Below are positions 58,967 to 64,000 of a DNA stretch of 64,000 nt, piece by piece. A model generated the notes under the pieces. That model had not been told where the DNA came from, ran no database searches, and saw only the letters and a list, made by a program, of their open reading frames with translations. Location: contig CAWEPM010000020.1 of the NCBI GenBank assembly GCA_963810895.1, positions 34,785-98,784 on the forward strand. Direction: 5' to 3'. Both the position numbers and the translations under genes were made by a program. The DNA is from an uncultured Actinomycetota bacterium. Its GTDB lineage: Bacteria > Actinomycetota > Actinomycetes > Actinomycetales > Micrococcaceae. The first letter of the stretch is position 1. Each line of letters begins with the position of its first letter.

Positions 58967-60410
58967 GCGGCGTCCCGAGGGCCCCGAACCGAGCTTGCGA
59001 GGTTTGGGAAGGGACCTCCGCGCTGAGCCGTCAGCCGGAAAGGCCCAGGGCTGGACCACGCTGGCAATGCTGCGGGCGCAGTCACTGAAGGCATGGGAGA
59101 GCGGGGAGCTGCTGCGCGAACTCCTGGCACCGGGCGGCCTGAATACCGGCGGCCTGTATCCGCGGCGCCGCACGTTGAAGCGTCCGACGGCGGCCACCCT
59201 CCGGACGGACTATGCAGCAGCCCATGCGTGGGCCAGCGAGCTGTTCGCGGCGGCAGGGCCCTTCAGCCTGGAGACGGCCGACGTGGGCCGCACCACCATC
59301 GGCTCGAACCGGCTTCCCGCTGCGGCGGTGTTCGCGGCCGTCGAGGACGAGATTTCCTTTGTGGGCAAGACCCGTGACGCGGCACGATTCCGGGATCTTG
59401 CCGACGGGCTGGCGGCGCTGGATCCGGCGCTGACCCGGTGGGCGCTGCAAACGTCCGCTGCAGCTGCTGAACCTGGGTGCAGCGGCGCTGACGGCCGGGC
59501 GGGTGGCCCTCTGGCTCCGCGACAATCCAGCGCCGGGCATCTACGTCCGGCAGCTGAGCATGCCCGGGGTCCACACGAAATTCCTGGAGACGAACCGGCG
59601 GGTCATCGATGAGATGGCCAGCTGCGGTGCAGCCCGGCGTGGCTTTGAACGATGTTTCTACCGAGGACGTGCCTCCGGACGGCTTGCCGGAGGCCCAGCG
59701 AAGTGCCGGACCAACCGGCCGAAGTCCTTGGCACCGCGGCGGCCCGGACTCCGGCGGCGCGCTTCGCCGAGCGCCACGGCTTCATCCATCCGCCAGAACT
59801 GGTGCGGCTGCGGTTGCTGGACCCGGAGATCCCGCTGCTTGGCAGCGCGCGGGACATCACCGTCACGGCCGACGCTTTCAGCACGTTGCGGCTGCCGGTC
59901 CACACGGTGATCGTCACCGAAAACCTCGTGAATTTTCTCGCCCTGCCGGACCGGCCCGGCACCGTGGCGCTTTTTGGTGCAGGCTACGGGTTTTCCGCGC
60001 TGCGGGACGCCGCCTGGCTGCGTGAATGTGAAGTCCTGTATTGGGGCGATCTGGACACCCACGGATTCCGGATCCTGGACCAGTTGCGGGCTGCCCATCC
60101 CCACGTGGTGAGTGTGCTGATGGACCAGTCCACGCTGCTGGCCCATCGCGATGCCTGGGGCACCGAAACGGCCCCGGTCCGGGCGGCCCTGACACGGCTG
60201 ACGCCAGAGGAGTCCATGCTGTATACCGCGCTGGCCAACGGAGACTTTGGCCCGGCCGTGCGGCTGGAGCAGGAACTGATCGACTGGGACTGGGCGTGTG
60301 AGCGGCTCCTGCCGGGCGCTTCTGGGCGACGGCGTCTGGGCAGCGCGGCTCAGGGAAGGACGGCTGAGGCAGCCCGATCGGGGCGCCATATGAAGAAGGT
60401 GTCCATTTAG
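58959..60410 (+). CDS. jetD: Wadjet JetD / MksG-like subunit with C-terminal Toprim-like domain, two compensating frameshifts (near 59455 and near 59640)
   Basis: GTG overlaps the jetC stop (GTGCCTAA). C-terminal TVIVTENLVNFLALP (Toprim Glu) and VLYWGDLDTHGFRILDQL (DxD) are present, and the middle segment reads in frame +1 (ALWLRDNPAPGIYVRQLSMPGVHTKFLETN). Confidence 0.75.
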
Positions 60411-60874
60411 CGCGCCGGAATCCCCTCCACGAAGGGCACCTGGGTCGCATATTGCTGATAGAGCTTGACCGCTTCGTCGATCTCAATATGGCCGAAGTTC
60501 AACGCGACCTGCAGCCCCTCCAGCTGGGCGCCGCAGGTCTCGGCCGCGCTCACCCGGTCCGCCAGCGAATGGGACGTGGCAAAATTCGTGGCCAGCGCCG
60601 CGGCAACGGAACAGATCACCGCCAGCAGGCACAGCCCGCGCCACACAATCGAGTCGTCGCTCAGGTTGAAGAGGTCGGCCACCGCGCTGGTGAACCCCGT
60701 GCCCCCGACGGCCGGACCGGCTGTGAACGCCGCGGCCAGCGCGCTGCCCACGATGCTGATGTTGGCCAGCCGGGTGCGTCGGGGGCGCTCCTTGCCGAGA
60801 TAGGAGCGGATGGCCTGCTGTTTCTCGTCGATGCGGGTGGACAGCCTTTGCCGCGTATCGGATGTTTCGTCCAT
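60407..60874 (-). CDS. hypothetical 2-TM membrane protein (155 aa), convergent with and overlapping the jetD stop
   Basis: Charged N-terminus, two hydrophobic helices (ANISIVGSALAAAFTAGPAVGG; LCLLAVICSVAAALATNFA), and an about 60-aa C-terminal helical tail. RBS-like GAGGGAAG sits upstream of the ATG. Confidence 0.45.
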   Translation of the reverse strand: MDETSDTRQRLSTRIDEKQQAIRSYLGKERPRRTRLANISIVGSALAAAFTAGPAVGGTGFTSAVADLFNLSDDSIVWRGLCLLAVICSVAAALATNFATSHSLADRVSAAETCGAQLEGLQVALNFGHIEIDEAVKLYQQYATQVPFVEGIPAR

Positions 60875-61252
60875 GATCTGGTACCAGCTTCCCTCGCCGA
60901 TCGTGTCCGCACGCCTGGAAAGTGGGGCCCGCCTGCCAGCGGCCCGCCGGCTTCCCCGGATTCCTCCAGCCGGGGCGAAAGCTCCCCGCCCCGTTGCCGC
61001 TCTCCTCCCGAAACGCGCACACGTTTAGGATGCTCCCGCGCCGCTGCGGGTGTCTAGACGGACACTCAAGACGGCCGGTGGCGACTCCCGGCCCCGGTCG
61101 CCGGTGGTGACCGCCGACGTCGGCCCTGCACACCGCCGGGGTACCGGCGCCTTCCGCCGGGCGGCACTCCAAAGAACAACATGACGACGGGCACGACCCC
61201 CACCTCCGGCGCTGGAGATGGGGGCCGTGCCCGTGCGGATACTGTCGTGCGG

Positions 61253-61426
61253 TCAGCGCAGGGACCGCAGCGACGCGTACGGTTCGCTGGGGAGGTTTCC
61301 CGCCGTCCAGGGGCGGGTGGACCGCTCGAGCGGGGTGTGGCCGCGGCCGTCGCGGACGACCGCGACGATGGTGGCGACGGCTGCGTAGACCATGAGTCCT
61401 ACGAGCAGGATGGCGGCAAATTCCAT
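61253..61426 (-). CDS. candidate small membrane protein (57 aa)
   Basis: MEFAAILLVGLMVYAAVATIVAVVRDGRGH... with GAGGTG 8 nt upstream of the ATG and a strong GC hairpin right after the stop. Confidence 0.35.
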   Translation of the reverse strand: MEFAAILLVGLMVYAAVATIVAVVRDGRGHTPLERSTRPWTAGNLPSEPYASLRSLR

Positions 61427-61800
61427 TGTGAAAGCACCTCGGGCGATTGATGAAGCTGGTTGTTGGAGTGAGCGATGAAACAGGTTGCCGGGGCCGGATT
61501 CCGGGGTGGTCGGTGCGGTGAGGTTTGCGGTTGTGGTTCGGGTTTCCGGTCCCTTTGTGGGGACATGTCCAGTTTCCGCGGCCACCGTGTGAGCCAGCGT
61601 GTGAGCGGTGAGACCCTCAACGTCAACGGCGGCATGCCGACGCCGTAGCTCAGCTCTGCAGTCACCGCGCCGGCGCCGTTTGCCCCAAGTCGGGCCCTTC
61701 CCTGTACGGCCTTGTGCCGCTGGGGAAGAGCCCGCTTGCGTTGTGCGGCTCTTCGGGCTGGGCTGTTCCGCTGGCGTGGCCACACTGCTACCTTGGCTGG

Positions 61801-61983
61801 ATGGAACGATCTCTGATGAGGCCAAGGAACCGCAAGATCCTCGCGGGAGTCTGCGCAGCTATGGCTCAACGCCTCGGCATCTCCGTGACGCTGGTCCGCC
61901 TCGGCTTCGTATTCTTCGGCTTTTTCGGCGTCGGCGAGCTGGTCTATATCGCGTTGTGGATCCTCATCCCCAAGGCCGAATAA
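61801..61983 (+). CDS. PspC-domain mini-protein (60 aa)
   Basis: MERSLMRPRNRKILAGVCAAMAQRLGISVTLVRLGFVFFGFFGVGELVYIALWILIP matches the PspC domain consensus (R..RD.MIAGVCGGLA.Y.G.D.T.VRL.FV...). Confidence 0.6.
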   Translation: MERSLMRPRNRKILAGVCAAMAQRLGISVTLVRLGFVFFGFFGVGELVYIALWILIPKAE

Positions 61984-62203
61984 CGGCCACTTGTCAGGAC
62001 AGTCCGCCGGGCGGACACCAGCACGACGGCGGGAGTCCGGCAGCGTTGCCGGCCTCCCGCCGTCGTGCAGGACTCGAGCCGTTTCCTCGGGTGGAGTGCG
62101 GATTGGATGCCTCCGGTTTCCGCGGCGGCTTTCTGCAGCCGCCGGGTAAGCAAGCCTGCGAAGCCCCTGCGCCGCCGCCACTCCCCCGGCGTAGCATGAC
62201 TCA

Positions 62204-64000
62204 TATGGCCGACACATGGATTCGGCTCCTCGGTCCGCCCAGGATCGAGTCCGCTGGCACCGCACTCCGGCAGCCCCGGGGCCGCAAGGCCTGGGCTGTG
62301 CTGGCCTACCTCGCGCTGCAACCGGACGGCACCGGCCGGGCCCGGACGGCCGCCCTCCTGTTCCCCGACGCCGAGGACCCCCTCGGCGCCCTGCGCTGGA
62401 ACCTCTCCGAGCTGCGGCGGACCCTCGGCGCGGAATCGGTCGGCGGCGACCCGCTGCGGCTCGTGCTGCCGGCCGGGTGGCACTGCGATGTGCTGGCGGC
62501 CCTGCACCCCGCCGGCGACGCCGACCCCCGCGCCTTCGACGGCCAGCTCCTGGAGGGCCTGTCCTTCGCGGACTGCCCCGTGTTCGAGTCGTGGCTGGAG
62601 GACCAGCGGCACCGGCTCGAGAACTGCGTGCTGGCGCTGCTCTACGAGGCGTCGCTCGGCGCGCTGTCGGCGGGAAGGGCGGACGACGCCGTCGACCTCG
62701 CCACCCGCGCGCTGCGCCTGGACCCCTTCAACGCCGACTGCCACGCCGCGCTGATCAAGGCCCTGCTCTCCCTGGGCGAGTACCGGCGGGCGCGGGAGCA
62801 GGCCGACAAGTGCCGGGACCTCTACCGCCGGGAGCTCGGGCTCGGCCTGCCCGCGGAGGTGCGCCGGGCCCTGGTGGACGCGGACCCCGTGGCCGAGCCC
62901 GGGATGCCGGCCAGTGCGGCCACGGTGCGGTCCTACCTCGACGCCGCCGGGGCGTCGCTCTCGGCGGGCTCGGTGGACCGCGGGCTGGAGCAGCTGCGGC
63001 TCGCCGTCGGGCTCGCCCAACGGACCGATGATCATCATCTGCTCGCCGAATCCCTGGTCACGCTGTCCGGGGCGCATGATCCATCAGGCCGGCGGCCGCG
63101 GTGCCGAGGTGGCCGATCTCCTGCACCGCGCGCTGTCCGCGGAAGGGCCCGACGGCGTCTCCCGGACTGCCGCCACCGCCTTCCGCGAGCTCGGCTATCT
63201 GTCCGTCCAGCGCGGCGTTCCGGACCGCGCGGCCGGCTGGCTGGACCGGGCGATGCGCGCGGCCCAGGGAATCCCGGACGAGCAGGCACGGATCCTGGCG
63301 ATCCAGGGCATGCTGGCCTCGGACACCGCGCACTATGGGGACGCGGTGACGGCCTTCACCGAATCCGGGAGACTGGCCCGGGAGGTCGGGAACCGGCGGC
63401 AACAGGCGTTCAGCGAGGCCCTGCTGGGACGCGTGCATCTGCTGCGCGGGGACCTGGAGCTGGCGGCCGCCTGCCTGGACCGGGCCCGGGACTGGGTCGC
63501 GGGGGAACACTGGACGGCGTTCGAGCCGTTTGTCGCCGGAGTCCGGGGCGAAATCTACCTTGCCGCGGGCCGGCTGGACGCGGCGGCGGACCTGATTGAC
63601 CGGTCCTGGGTCATGGCCGAGCTCGCCGGCGACCACTGCTACATGGCCCTGGCGGCAGGCGCCGAAGCCCGGCTGTTCCTGGCGCACGGCGACCTCGCCG
63701 CCGCCGAACACTGGATCAACCGGGGCCTGGAACCCACGCCGTGGTACCTCTGGTACTCGGCCCGGCTGCTCGATGCCGCGGCGGAAGTCGCCATCGCCAC
63801 CGGATCGCCGCGTGCTGCCGAGTTCGTGGAGCGTCTGGCCGCGCTGGCCAGCCGGAGCGGCATGCGGGAGTTCGTGGTCCGGGCGCAGTCGCATCGGGCG
63901 GTCCTCGGCGACGAGGCCGCCGCCCAGACCGTGCCGTGGCTGGCCAGGGAGATCGACAACCCCGCGCTGACCGCGTTCCTGGACCGGCGCCACGGCGTCT
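62204..64000 (+). CDS. SARP/AfsR-family regulator (OmpR-type wHTH + BTAD + TPR-like), partial at window end, frameshift near 63075
   Basis: N-terminus MADTWIRLLGPPRIE...ALRQPRGRKAWAVLAYLAL (winged helix) is followed by the BTAD region (CHAALIKALLSLGEYRRAREQADKCRDLYRRELGLGLPAEV). A helical repeat region continues to position 64000 in another frame. Confidence 0.7.

Noticed and set aside
56513-59197. 894-aa minus-strand ORF
   Set aside because: It is antisense to jetC. The plus-strand gene has Walker A/B motifs and a coiled-coil, while the minus frame is featureless.

Overview
High-GC (about 65-70%) actinobacterial chromosomal segment; the gene content and rRNA sequences look Micrococcaceae/Arthrobacter-like. 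Reading left to right: ABC ATPase, Gfo/Idh/MocA oxidoreductase, a Pro/Ala-rich secreted protein, Ser/Thr kinase plus Ala-rich lipoprotein, monomeric NADP-isocitrate dehydrogenase (minus), a secreted S1 protease, a repeat-rich intergenic region, purH / MFS transporter / purN / perM-like (the Rv0955-purN-purH synteny with an inserted transporter), small membrane proteins, a cytidine-deaminase-like gene, an MHS-type MFS transporter, and an XRE-cupin regulator followed by a catabolic cluster (FAD oxidoreductase, CaiB/BaiF CoA-transferase, enoyl-CoA hydratase, DapA-family aldolase, SDR, aldehyde dehydrogenase, ferredoxin). Then come an R61-like serine-hydrolase homolog with altered active-site motifs, a standalone HNH nuclease, a PaaK-like ligase (minus), flotillin-NfeD, a GT4 glycosyltransferase, three tandem PAS-GGDEF-EAL paralogs, an Excalibur protein, an SDR, and one complete rRNA operon on the minus strand (16S-23S-5S). 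Downstream of that operon lies a large quasi-palindromic repeat block. Upstream of the rrn promoter sits an accessory island: a PRiA4_ORF3-like gene plus a truncated paralog fragment, a GT1 glycosyltransferase, an orphan Phd/YefM antitoxin with a 26-codon PIN-toxin remnant, and a four-gene Wadjet-like (JetABCD / MksFEBG) SMC-type anti-plasmid system. The island continues with a 2-TM protein, two mini-proteins (one with a PspC domain) and a SARP-family regulator that runs off the window end. The window carries about 18 or more single-base frameshifts, mostly at G/C homopolymers and including housekeeping genes, so most 'pseudogenes' here are probably assembly/sequencing indels. All calls come from reading the sequence and ORF translations and from recalled family signatures; no database search was run.
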